64,000 bases of DNA, taken from contig JALMLS010000315.1 of assembly GCA_038496445.1 (NCBI GenBank), positions 62,001-126,000 on the forward strand, read 5' to 3'. Position numbers and translations under genes: made by a program. How positions within the stretch are numbered: the stretch's first letter is position 1; each line of letters starts with the position of its first letter. Below are positions 40,101 to 51,841 of the stretch, piece by piece. The stretch comes from Trichosphaerium sp. ATCC 40318. Lineage: Eukaryota; Protista; Tubulinea. Under the pieces are notes generated by a model. The model did not search any database and had not been told where the DNA came from. It saw only the letters and a program-made list of their open reading frames with translations.

Positions 40101-41501
40101 TGATGTTCGCGACCGTTTTGGAAATACTGCATTGCATTATGCTGTTGAACAACGATGGAATGATATTGCCTCAGGTCTCTTGTCCAATGGGGCAATGGCG
40201 ATGCAAAATTTCCAAGGAAATACACCACTACATCTTGCTGCTATCAACGGAGACAGCCAAATGGCTCAGTGTCTTATTGACTATGGTGCAGGCCTCAATC
40301 AACAACAAATCGAAGGCTTCACCTGTTTGCATGCCGCAATCCAAAGTGGAAATGCTGATACTGTCAAAAGGTATGCCTTTCTCATTTCGCTTCTTTCTAG
40401 CCACTTTCTATTTTTATTCAATTAACATTCTTTGTAGACTAATAGACCATGGTGCTTTCACTGGAAGTCAAGACAATGAAGGAGAGACTCCATTGCATTG
40501 GGCGGTTCGCCAGCAGTCCGTGATGATGGTTGCGTACTTGCTCCAGAAAGGAGTGAATGCCAATGCACAAAACGCAGACGGGGAGACTCCTCTTCATTTG
40601 GCTGCGGCACTTGCTCAACCTAGCCTCTGTACATTGCTCATTGCTCACGTACGTGCCACAATTAAAAATGAAAGAACAAACGATTTCTCTTAAATTAAGC
40701 TGATTTTGTCGCTAATTTCTTTCAACAGGGCGCTCGTGTTGATGCGCGTACTGCCGATGGTAGCACACCTTTGCATGACGCAGTTTACTCTGCCAACGAG
40801 GCAGTTGTGAGGTCGCTTCTGCAACCTCGCGTGTTCCAACGTCAAGTCCAGGCTTTAGACAAACAGGTAAGCAATTGCCTTTTAAATTTTGTTTTTTACT
40901 CATATCTTTTTTTAAGGGTATCACTCCAATTGTACTTTCTCAACTTCTTGGAAAACCAGCCAATATGTACATGCACACTGCGTACAAGCAATTCAAGGCA
41001 GAAGGCCGTTTTGGTCAGGTGACTATGCAGCCGTCTGGCTCTGAGTCTGCTACCTCATGTAGGAATACAACATACGCAACTTTGCAAGGCAAAGGCCTGC
41101 AGGCTGCAACTGCATCCAGAGGCTTGAATGAAGACTCAGCACCTGGTGCTACCGCATGCAGAGCTGCGTTGAGGAGCACCTCACTGCTAGAGCAGATTGC
41201 CGGTGGCAAATTGGAAAGCATGCGAGGAACGCTGCGTTCGCAAATGCTGCCGAGCATGCCAGCAAATGGCTACGTGCTTGCTTCCTCCTCTTCTGTCACA
41301 CCTGGCACTACAACAACACTAAGTCGTACGACATTTGCTGGAAAGGTTCAAAAGTTATCTGGTGCAGCACCAAAAAGACCGTTATCTCCAACACGATTGA
41401 TGCCGTCATCTTGTGGGATGGAACGTGCATCCTCAAAAGCGTACACCAATGAGCTCAGGCGCCAATTCGCTGCCCTCGGCATCGGACGTGTTACGTTCTG
41501 A
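37193..41501 (+). CDS. Transcription factor: Q/L-rich N-terminus, CudA/STAT/Rel-like DNA-binding domain, IPT/TIG domain, ankyrin repeats
   Basis: LRLEIVEQPPDKCVYKRNV..FKRLKILCTSHQ..FSIRFEL..SNPIQVLSH; PVVQEVIPCSGPPSGFTRVAVLGNNF..LICHTP; ~7 ankyrin repeats (GNTPLHLAA, GETPLHWAV). Confidence 0.85.
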
Positions 41502-42656
41502 GACGGTTGTCCTCCACCAATTACAACTTTGTACGTGTCTCAAACTTCATATTTTTTTTTTTCGTCTTTACTCTTTGACATGTGTTGACTTTCTACGGCA
41601 GGTAAAAAAAAAAAAAAAAAGAAAAAAAAAAGCAAAAAAAAAAACCGATACCTGGTTGGGTCTTGGTCCAAGATCAATGGTCTTGTGTTGTGAACTACAA
41701 CACATGATAAAAAAAAATACAAAAAAAAATACAAAACGAGACAGCAATGTTTTTTTGGTTTGTTTGCTTGATGTTTATTGGCCAACAACATTCTTTCCAT
41801 GATGTCACTATCTATGGGTATCCCAGAAGAGACTCTAGAGAATTAAAATCACTACCTTTCCTGTATGGAGATACACGAGAGTGAACTTGGAAGAGGATTA
41901 TCTCCTTCTTGAAGGATTTATTTTCCTTTTGGAATCTCTCTCTTATTTTTTTTAATGATCATGTGTTTCATATCTTTAGTTGATACAATGATTGTTGGGT
42001 AGAAAAAAAAAGGGAGAAGATCTTTTGGATCAGAATGTTCATTGGCTTTTTGTTGATGAGGGATCAGAGGTCCTACATCATCAAAAAAAGATCAGCAAAA
42101 AAAAAAACCGGGAAAAAAAAAACACGAGATGTCTCACTTCAACATTCAAACCTGCATATCTCAATTTGACAACAAAAACCTCACATCAATTATTTTACCT
42201 GCATTTACAAAAAAAGAGCTTATAATAAAGAAGGGTCGTCCTCAGTTTATTATTGTTCAACAAAGTTGCACGTTTTCTTCCTTTCTTGGTACTCCGTTTG
42301 TACAAATCCCTAAATACTTCAGATGTTGCCTATTGGAGCGCGTATCTGATAGTTATTGACAAACAGGTCAACAATTATCCAAACAAAATAACTTGAGAAT
42401 GCCGTGAATTGTTTTTCGTTTTATTTAACGCTTAAGTTGAAGCTACAGGTACGACCTTGTACACTATGTAATCCACTCAGAATTATTAGTATACAAATTA
42501 CAGTAGTCTGATGGTTATGACACTTGTAACTAGAAAACTGTTTGTATGGTTCGCTGTCACTAATCGATGGCAGTCATTTTTATGCGAATTCAGTGATTCA
42601 ACGCTTGTAAAGTTGAAAAAAACGCACGTGGCTTCAAGCACTTCAATTCGAACAAA

Positions 42657-43490
42657 ATGATGAATATAGCTAAATTGGAGCAATGCAACCATTTGTTTCA
42701 CCTACCACTGGAGCTACAGCTCGATATTATGGATTTAGACGTACAAGTGTTTATAAAATGGCCTTTATTGTCTAAATACACAGCAACAACAACGAGGTTC
42801 GATACAGAGATGGAAAAACATGGGATATGGCGTAAATTTAAACGACGAACAGGTTTACTGTATGAACAGCGTTATTACGCCAACAACAAGCGAGAAGGAG
42901 TGTTAAAACGTTGGTACAATAATGGTCAACTTAGAGAACGGAGTGTGTTCAGCAATGACAACAGAGACGGTGAGTGTAAACGTTGGTACCTCAATGGAGA
43001 ATTAATGTGTCACCGTTATTTCAAGGATGGTTTACCTGAAGGAGAACATAAAACATGGCATTCCAATGGTCAGTTGGATTTACAGACCTATTATGTTAAT
43101 GGCAAAGAAGACTTGGTACACATAGAATGGTACCCTAATGGGAAACTGAAGACAAAGTATAACTTCATCAATTGTAAGCGAGAAGGAGAGTTTAAGCGAT
43201 GGTATTTAAGTGGAGATTTACAATATCGTTGTAACTATGTTGATGGTTTACGAGAAGGAGAGTATAAGGCTTGGCATGTAAATGGTCAATTGAAAACGAA
43301 GTGTATTTATGTTAATGATAGAGTACATGGAGAATATAAGGAGTGGTATAGTATTGGCCAGTTGCACGTGCAATGTGAATATGTCAATGGTAAAATAGAA
43401 GGAGATTACATGATTTGGAGCCCAACAGGACGATTACGTGATCGCAAGCAGTATGTTAATGGTGTACACAACAAGTATGCTTATATTTAA
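42657..43490 (+). CDS. Intronless F-box-like + MORN-variant (YwqK-like) repeat protein
   Basis: LFHLPLELQLDIM followed by ~9 24-aa repeats (EGEYKxWYxNGQL..Y.NG). Confidence 0.88.
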   Translation: MMNIAKLEQCNHLFHLPLELQLDIMDLDVQVFIKWPLLSKYTATTTRFDTEMEKHGIWRKFKRRTGLLYEQRYYANNKREGVLKRWYNNGQLRERSVFSNDNRDGECKRWYLNGELMCHRYFKDGLPEGEHKTWHSNGQLDLQTYYVNGKEDLVHIEWYPNGKLKTKYNFINCKREGEFKRWYLSGDLQYRCNYVDGLREGEYKAWHVNGQLKTKCIYVNDRVHGEYKEWYSIGQLHVQCEYVNGKIEGDYMIWSPTGRLRDRKQYVNGVHNKYAYI

Positions 43491-44170
43491 ACTAACATAA
43501 ACTTCGTGTTTGTGCTCAACAATGAGCCTAGCTGTTATGTGTAAACAAAGACACATAAGGTCATTATACGTAGACTTATTTTACCACAATACTAGCCCCA
43601 CAAAAATCTGAAAACTAGCATCCTTTTTTTCTTTGCTAGTTTGTTTGTTTGGTTTATTTGGCTATGTTTTACTTTAGTCGAGTGTAGGAGTTGGTATTGC
43701 AATGGAAACTTGTAAGCACAAAGTAAATTTATGTCAACTTTAAAATTGAGGACTAAGTATTTGATTTTCTATGTTTCCTATTTTTTTTGTGAAAGTCGTT
43801 AGATTGCCCAACATTGTCAATATAAGGGAGACGCGCTTGGGAGAAAAGACACTCAGTCTTTGGTGACTCTAGAGTAGTCACACGAGGGGATTTATTCTAC
43901 ATTTAAAAACACTCATGTGATTGCAAATGTGTTTGAAGGAAAAAATGAAGAAATAAGTTTGAAATCCAAAAAGAAAAAGGATTTTAGGGATGTTTTGATT
44001 GCTTAACTAACTCGCCATTGTTGTTGCCTATTGTGTCCTTTGATGTTGACAGTCTTGTTCAGTCTAACCAAACGCTTGAAATGTTCCACATCTTCATTCG
44101 AAATAATTTTAACTAATTCAAAGTATTTTAACTCCACCAACAAACAAAATCAAAGCCACACAAGCAAAAA

Positions 44171-45362
44171 ATGAATTATAATGACTCAAACCAGCAGCTA
44201 CCTAACCTGTTGGCGATGCCAGTTGAAATAATAGTTCATATTCTTCAATACGACAATCTCATTGTCCTTAATCTCAGAAATTGTAAATGATGATCATTTG
44301 ATGCTACTTAAAGGTGTTAAGACAATAAAGCTCTCAAAATGTAAAGGAATAACAGACGAGGGCATAAAACAACTAAAAGGCGTAAAATCAATCGATTTAC
44401 AACATACAAATGTGAGTAATGAAGGCATCAAGGCATTGGCTGGTGTACATACAATTGATCTATCAAAAACGAAAGTGGGTGATGATGGTATCTCAGCTTT
44501 GTCTGGAGTTCATGAGATTGATTTAAGTTACGGCCCAAATGTGACGGATGCAGGATTGAAGGCGATTTCTGGAGTACACACCATCAACTTGATGTGGTGT
44601 AATGGTATAACAAGTAACGGTCTTGAGGCTTTGAAAGTTGGTGTATACAGCATCAACTTGAGGCATTGTCTAGATATAACTGATAAAGGATTCAAGGCTT
44701 TGTCTGGTGTTCACCAAGTATCTGCTGCATTTACTGACATTACAGACGAAGCATTGAAGTCATTAGCAGGTGTACACACTATTGTGTTATGGAATTGTAA
44801 GAAAATAACAGATGAAGGCATAAAAGCTTTGGCTGGAGTTCACACAATCAATTTAGCAAGCACCAATGTGACAGATGATGGTATTAAAGCTTTGACTGGT
44901 GTTCATGAGATTCATTTAACAAGCACAAGCGTAACAGATGAAGGCGTAAAAGCTTTGGCTGGAGTTCACACAATCAATTTAGCAAGCACTAGTGTGACAG
45001 ATGATGGTATTAAAGCTTTGGCTGGTGTTCATGAGATTCATTTAATAAGCACAAGTGTAACAGATGAAGGCTTAAAGGCGTTGGCAGGCGTACACACTAT
45101 ATTGTTGTGGGATTGTAAACGTATAACAGATGAAGGTGTCAAAGCATTAGCTGGTGTACATCGTATTGATTTAGCAGAGACAAGCATAACAGATGAGGCA
45201 CTCAAAGGGTTGGGTAGTGCAACAGTAATTGATATCTCAGGTTCATCTATAACGGATGTTGGTATTACATCTCTTGTTTGTGTGAAAAAGCTTAGCATTG
45301 AAGGATGCCCAAATATAAATGGCGAAGGTACACTTAAACTGGTTGCTTTGAAAGAATTATAA
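44171..45362 (+). pseudogene. Intronless F-box-like + leucine-rich repeat gene with an apparent frameshift near 44286
   Basis: ATG 44171 MNYNDSNQQLPNLLAMPVEIIVHILQYDNLIVLNLRNCK** in one frame; ~16 LRRs (GVHTINLxxTxVTDEGxKAL) continue in another. Confidence 0.7.
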
Positions 45363-45599
45363 AGGCTTTGAAAAGGAAAGGCATCAAATTACATTAAAGT
45401 GACATCTAACTTCTTAACAATTAAAGTATCTGTCTGATGTTCAACTAACAACCAAAGAACAGTACTTTGCAACAAATACTGTACCAAGGCTATTTCTTTT
45501 TCCGTAGCTATTGAACACTGTAATACGAAAAGTACGAATTATAGCACATGAATTTATTTACTGGAAGGTTGTTTCAAGCTTGTTACAAATGTTTTGTTT

Positions 45600-48500
45600 T
45601 TAGTTCACAGCTTTCATGTCCTTCTCGCTCTGGTCTGTCATTAAGGTTGTACCGCTTGTTTTAACATCATCCCTAAGCATTCTTGAGCTACTTCAGAACA
45701 GATGAGTACCGTACGTTGATGAAGAATCTATGTTTACTCTAGAGGTAGTCATGCTCTCCACATAGTCACCCGCTCTTGTTTTATGCACGAAGAAAGAGTT
45801 GACTGTAATAGCTACGGAGAAGTGAGATGAGTATATTTTAATATGGTGGTCACGTGGGCGTACCGGTTCCAATTATAATAAATATAGAAACTAATAGAAA
45901 TCTTGTGAAGCGTTCAATTGAAGTAATTGAAAGAGCTACACTTAGTATGGAAAAGAAAGTGACGTTGTAGACAGCAAAGAAGATAAGTTTCGATTCATTA
46001 AATCTCTTGATAGGTATCGGTCTTATTCTGAATGCAACAACGCTACAAACAAACAAGAGTATACCCTGTTGTATGAATAAGAAAACTGAAACAAAAAAAA
46101 ATGGAAGACAGAATGTACGCACATTTGCTGCAACAATGATGTACAACATAATATTATGAGCTGTATTTGTTTCACATGTGTAGTAATTTCTAACAACACG
46201 TATTGGATCAACAACAACCGTTGATTGGTTTACATCCCCCACGATAGTCTATTAAAGCACGTGTGAGTGATTGTTAAGAAAAAAACAAGAAGCTACTGTT
46301 GTACCAGTATTGCAAGCATAATAACATGGCATCCTACGAGAGAAGCAACCCATAGTAATACCATCCTATCGCTTATACCGAATACTTCCGTAGATTTACT
46401 GTAGTATAGTCTATCAATACGAAGGGTTTTCGCAAATAAAGGTCTATAAACAAGTCAGAAAAAACCGCGAAAGTGATGGCACAAACCCAAAAAGAAGTAT
46501 GAACCCAATGTCTACTATCCATGGTAACAAGTTACACGTAAACGTTGTCACAACATTAGGGAGCATTGCGAACACTGATCCATACAATAAACAACTGCCG
46601 ACCAACATGAGACCCATGAACAAAGGAGAAGACGCCTTTTTGGTGTTTTTTAGTACAAAAAAAGCATAAAATATTGGTGCACACATTACCTTAACTTTTG
46701 GGCTCTCAAGATTAACTGGAAGAAAAACTGCCCATCCAATGTTTATGGCAAAAAAGAGAATAGCCAAAACAGTCACAAGAATCTCTGTCCAATGACCTTA
46801 AAAAGTTGTTAAAAAACACGTGTGGATAAGCGATATGATGTTGGTTATTTTACCATATTTAGGGTCAAATACGCGCTCATGCCACTTAGGCATTGGATAA
46901 ATCAAATCTGCTTGCTTGGTTGCTGGAGGACCTAAAATAACAAACAATAAGTCATTACCACTTATCTTCTAGAACTAAAAAGCACGTGTTTTCTCACCTA
47001 TTATTGTGTACGTCCCGAGTTCCTGCTGTTGCAAGTGTATCCATTCTCTGTAACATATGTATTAGTACAATGATTCTTGATAGTATTGTAGTTTGTAATT
47101 GTTTGTAAGTCATTTTGTTACCTTTGCTGGATGGCATTTATGTCCCAAGAATAACGACCAGATATTGTATCGATTTTATATCTAATAATTTCATCGTATA
47201 GTACGTCATAAATCTAAAAATACAGTTACAACACTTTGTTTAAAGCAGAAATGTAAAAAAAAAAAGACTGGTGATATCTTACATTGGCTGAGACGCAGGC
47301 ACTTGAATTAGAACCAACCAGTTCCAAAGCAGAATCATCGTTCAACTAACACATAATTACATAAAAATAAGTGATTCAAGTTGCATACAATAACGGCTTC
47401 TGTATGGATGCCTATAGCATCTTCAATGGATTGTTTGAAAATAATGAACATTGCCAAAAACGCGTTGTTTAAAGAAGGAAATGGTCTCCCACCACTAATA
47501 TTACGCCATGTTTCAAGAAACCCAATGTTTGTGCCAAGTAAGGAGGTGGTAGGAAAGTGCATTTGCTCGTCATACTACGCAAGACACGTTAGTATTGACA
47601 TTTAGAAGGTGTAATAATAACAGTACCTCTGATCCGATTGTGACGTATTGCCACTCCTTAGTAGTAAAGAAAGGACTCCCTACAGAAACACCAACATACC
47701 GAGGAGTGTAATCTATTTCGCGAAGAGACTTAAGAGCGTAGCTGGTTGCATCCAAATAAAACGAGCAAAACAACCTTAGTTAACAAAATGAGAAAACAAG
47801 TTCGCTGCCAATGGTAGGTACCACGCATCAGAGTCAACCGCTGCTGCGAGTTTTGCAGTAGCACTTATATTTGCTAACGTCTCTGGTGAGTATTCGTCGT
47901 ATGTCTTTAAAAAGTATCCGGCATGAGGAGCAGCTTTGTTGTGTTAAAAAACCCAAGTAATCTATAAAAGTGCGCACTCGGTATGACGAATTCCGCGTCT
48001 ATTGTAAATCCGCGCATGCGCATCTCATCTCTGACTTTGGGACTTGTACACCTACTAATTATTGAGCTTATCGTTACACTACGGTCTTTAAATTTATCAC
48101 GTGCCGCGAACCCAAACCGTCGTTGGAGTAAATCAATGTTATTGTCTTCGCACCCGCAACGCGAAGGGAAGGTAACGCAGTAGAGAAAGAAGCTTCCGAT
48201 GAAAGCCCTACAGATAAGGAGGATCTATTTTTCCCAATATATTCATTAAAGGCGTTACCCCACCCTACTAAACAACGTATAAGAGCCAAGCTCAGAATAC
48301 GGAGAAACCCTATAAAAAAAAACCGTACACATCAGCCTTTTGTTATTGTGCATCATTTCTATTATAGGTGCGGACAAAAAAGAGCTAGGTGATATAAAAA
48401 GAGATACCGATGGGTCCTCAAGCGCGTTTGTGTAAAGTTCATTTACTAAAGTTTGATTGAACTCGCCATTAACTAGCCTTTGAAAAAATAAAAGTTAGAA

Positions 48501-49010
48501 ATACCGGTTTTTCGCAAACAAATATCACGTGTCGTTTTTTCGTACTTGAACTTGAATCCTACTTTCTCTCCTGAATTTAATTCTATCAAATTACCAGACT
48601 CTACCATCCAGTCTTCTAAGTACCTAAATAGCAATCTACAACAATGTAAGACTTGATAAAGACGAATACGACTTAGAAAATGTCGAAACGATAAAAAATT
48701 ATCACGAACCTATTTCTCTCTACGTTGTCCAACCCATACCCAGGATTAGGATCATAGCTCAGAGACATAACTAAAAACAATCATCGAACTCCGTATTACG
48801 CAAATCAATCCCTTTTAATGTAGAGACCATTGAAGGCGTTAAAACGTACATATCGTTATGTTTCGGAACGAAAGTGAAGTTGTTACAAAAAACAACATGA
48901 TAAAGACAATACTCACGTTTGGAGACATCTTCTACGTATTCAACTCGGTTTAGATACTACATAGAGTTATAAGCATTAATACGAACTGTAGGTGTTCCAA
49001 AAGAACAAAT
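45600..49010 (-). CDS. Class C (family 3, GABA-B/Grl-like) GPCR with periplasmic-binding-protein ectodomain
   Basis: ASSPLFMGLMLVG, CNLLPW..IGFILLFG.LFAKTLRI, FNESKLIFFAVYN; IDTISGRYSWDING ectodomain; 5' end approximate. Confidence 0.88.
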
Positions 49011-49426
49011 ACAATATCACCCACGTGATAAAAAGGTAAAAGAGAAAACGTTATAGTTTGATTTGGGGGATTCAAAAAGATCCGTTATGTATTTTAAAAC
49101 ATCCACGTGGGTGTCACGTGAGTCTTTCGTACGTTAATATCTGCGATGCTGTTGTAAAATTAGTATTATGATGAGGACAAAAAGAGATGTGAACGAGAGA
49201 GACTCAAAATGTGCCTGATTTATGTAGACCTAAATAAAAACTGCCCAAAATAGTTTTATTTCTGTTTTGGGCAAATACAAACGTTTCAAGCCTGTATGAT
49301 ACGCAAACTGAACTCGTATAAGCAAATTCCTCGATCCATTGAAACTGAACTTGATACAATAGGGTCAAACAAATATCTGCTATGTACAAAACAAAGTTGC
49401 ATTGGAATCAAAAAAACTCCATGTTT

Positions 49427-51042
49427 TTAATCCTCTATTTCACTTTCTTTGGATTTTGCTGTAAGTAACATTGTTCCTTCCTAATAAAAGCATTTAATAC
49501 AAGTGAACCTAAGTCCATTATAATACCGTTATAGGATCAATACTGTTCCGTGGCCTATAGCAATGTCAGAACAAGTACATAATCTGTTAACAATTGTAGA
49601 CTTACTGCATAATACGCTTCGGAAAAACTAAACCATTATAAGGCGAGTTTTGTACAGGAATAAACCACAAGAATGGATTAGGTCCAAAAACTGCTTTCCA
49701 GTTCCTCTTCTTGCCAAGGTCGTACTGTCTATTATTGAAACCTACAAACGGGAATTCTGTCAATATTACCATTTGATGGAGTAGATGTCGTACTCTTTCG
49801 AGCGTCGTCTAGTGTTTCAATCGTGGATTTATTTGACAACACCAACCGTCTAAATTGTATTGTTAGTAAAAACTAACATTGATCTTTCTAGATGTACAAG
49901 TGGGCTGAGACAAAAGGAAGCAATCCTGTGCTAGTTTACAAATTAGTACCACTTTGTTTGAAGTTGCATACCTGCAGAAAAAAGAAAGGAAGCAAACCAC
50001 AAGTACTTGAATATCACCATGTTTCAATTCCTGTCAATTGTTAAAGTTGATAAGATTTTAATTTTCCAATGTTGGTTTTTTACATTAGTACCTTCCAGTC
50101 TATATTAACTACATAGGGTATAGAGGTACCTAAAAACTATTATTAAATAATAAAGAACGAGCTATGTACCTAGAAAGAACCAGCAAAGAATAATCAAGTG
50201 TAACATAAACAACAAGAAGAATTTATAGTTATTGAAACCTACGCTAAAAATATTATTTTAGCTCTTTTTGTTAAGACAACTGACTGTTCAGGCACGTGCC
50301 AGTTATTGACCCTACAAATATTTAAGGATATTTAAATTTAAGACAAATACCTCACCATGGACAGTGATGATCCATCTTGAGCACACAACGATTGCAAATA
50401 CGACAATGGTGGCTTCTAGTACAAAGTGTCAGCATTGTTTTTGTCGACAGCTTTCTTCCCAACACACCTCTCTGGCCGAACATTTTTACATTTTTTGCAC
50501 CAGGCTCTTTCCTCTGTAGAACCATCTTCAACATCTAGAGTAGCTAGATACTAGAAAACCCTTTTTATTCATACGAAACAATTGAAAAACTTTCGTACGT
50601 CGGCTGCTTTGTGTGGTACACTACCAGGATCTATTTCGTATTTTTTATAAATAATCACGTGCGTATAATTGACTTACCTGTAAAGCATACGCGTAGGTAT
50701 GCTATAGCCATCAAAAACCATACAATATGGAATATTGTAACGAAAATAACGCAGAGAGGTATTAAAATGTTCCTAAATAGATATTGTATGTATTTGACGC
50801 TTAAAAATCACGTGTTACCAATAATGTCGCGCTACATACGCCATGTATACGAAATATCCCCATGACACTAGCAATATGACGATAACTATCAAAGGCGAGG
50901 TAGCCCACCACCTTTGGTACGAAGTTAGCATTGTTTGTGCTAAACAAGACTACAACTGTTTTAAAGGCAATCACCTAGCTTTAGAGTAGTAACTACAATC
51001 ACGTAGATCGATGTTAAAGTGTGTTAATCGATCCATATCCAT
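49427..51042 (-). CDS. DHHC palmitoyltransferase
   Basis: [43 protein letters not shown]; STIE; [14 protein letters not shown]; likely start MDMDRL at 51042. Confidence 0.93.
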
Positions 51043-51060
51043 TTGAAATAAGGTTTTGGT

Positions 51061-51230
51061 TAAGTGGTGTTTGAGCCGCTGCTTGGTTCGAGGGATTGCT
51101 ACTACCTAACCCCATGTAAGAGGCGTGCTCTGCACGCCTTGGGAAAGGTACACGGCGGCTACCGCCGCCGTGACTTACGTGCGATCCAATTAAGGACTCT
51201 GAGGAACTTTGACTCGTCAAATACCACTTA
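51061..51230 (+). ncRNA. Candidate structured RNA element of unknown class
   Basis: 14-bp terminal stem, inner 7- and 8-bp helices, two perfect GC-rich hairpins and an alternative/pseudoknot helix; three G-U wobbles favour the + strand. Confidence 0.6.
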
Positions 51231-51399
51231 CACAAAAAAAAAAAAAAAAAGCTTGTAAATTTAGAATTAACATAAGTAAATCCTTCCTTGCTTTTTGCAA
51301 GTTTGCACAGGGAACCTTACAAGTATTACAACAACCAGTTTATTTTTTGCACAATAAATCTACTTTCACATAACGCCAAAGTACCTTCTGTCCTTTAAT

Positions 51400-51654
51400 T
51401 TACTTTATCGTGATACTTGTTCGCTCACCGACTAATGTTTTGGTGTTTGGATTAAATTCTACTTCGTATTCCGTTTTATGCTCCCATTCGTCGTAGGTTC
51501 CTGTAGTCAAGGTGTAATTTACCTTGTAGTTACCATTTGGCAACTGTTTTGAGTTATCAATTGCACATTCGTAAATATCGCAATCATCGTAGTCTATGAC
51601 CTCTTCTACGTCGAACATGCAGTTTTTGAACGCTTTTTGTTGTTCTTCGTTCAT
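51400..51654 (-). CDS. Intronless 84-aa acidic hypothetical protein
   Basis: ATG in A-rich context; globular beta-rich composition. Confidence 0.6.
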   Translation of the reverse strand: MNEEQQKAFKNCMFDVEEVIDYDDCDIYECAIDNSKQLPNGNYKVNYTLTTGTYDEWEHKTEYEVEFNPNTKTLVGERTSITIK

Positions 51655-51841
51655 TTTGGTTTTTTCTATTTGTTGAAGGCTGTTGCCTTGAAATCTACTC
51701 CGTTAAGCAATGTTTTTTAATATGTCACCCTCAGCTTACCCTAACGTATGTAGTACACTATTTATAGGCCCTTATTATAATTGGGGCGTTTGGAGTAGTT
51801 AAGCCACCTTCTTTTTTTGTCACAAAAAAAAAACCGGTACA

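Noticed and set aside
41413-42360. Lys/Phe-rich ORFs
   Set aside because: Products of poly(A)/poly(T) tracts with no domain signal
43742-43749. AAAATTGA mimivirus early promoter motif
   Set aside because: About 430 bp from the ATG and expected by chance in AT-rich DNA
51061-51230. Assignment as hammerhead, twister, HDV ribozyme, TPP riboswitch, tRNA or snRNA
   Set aside because: CUGAGGA, GAAA and GGTTCGA occur but not in the required stem context; no twister L4, HDV L3/J4-2, TPP core, cloverleaf or Sm site
51014-51235. 73-aa ORF as the DHHC N-terminus
   Set aside because: It stops at 51014 with no usable donor; the frame that splices to the TM exon starts MDMDR at 51042
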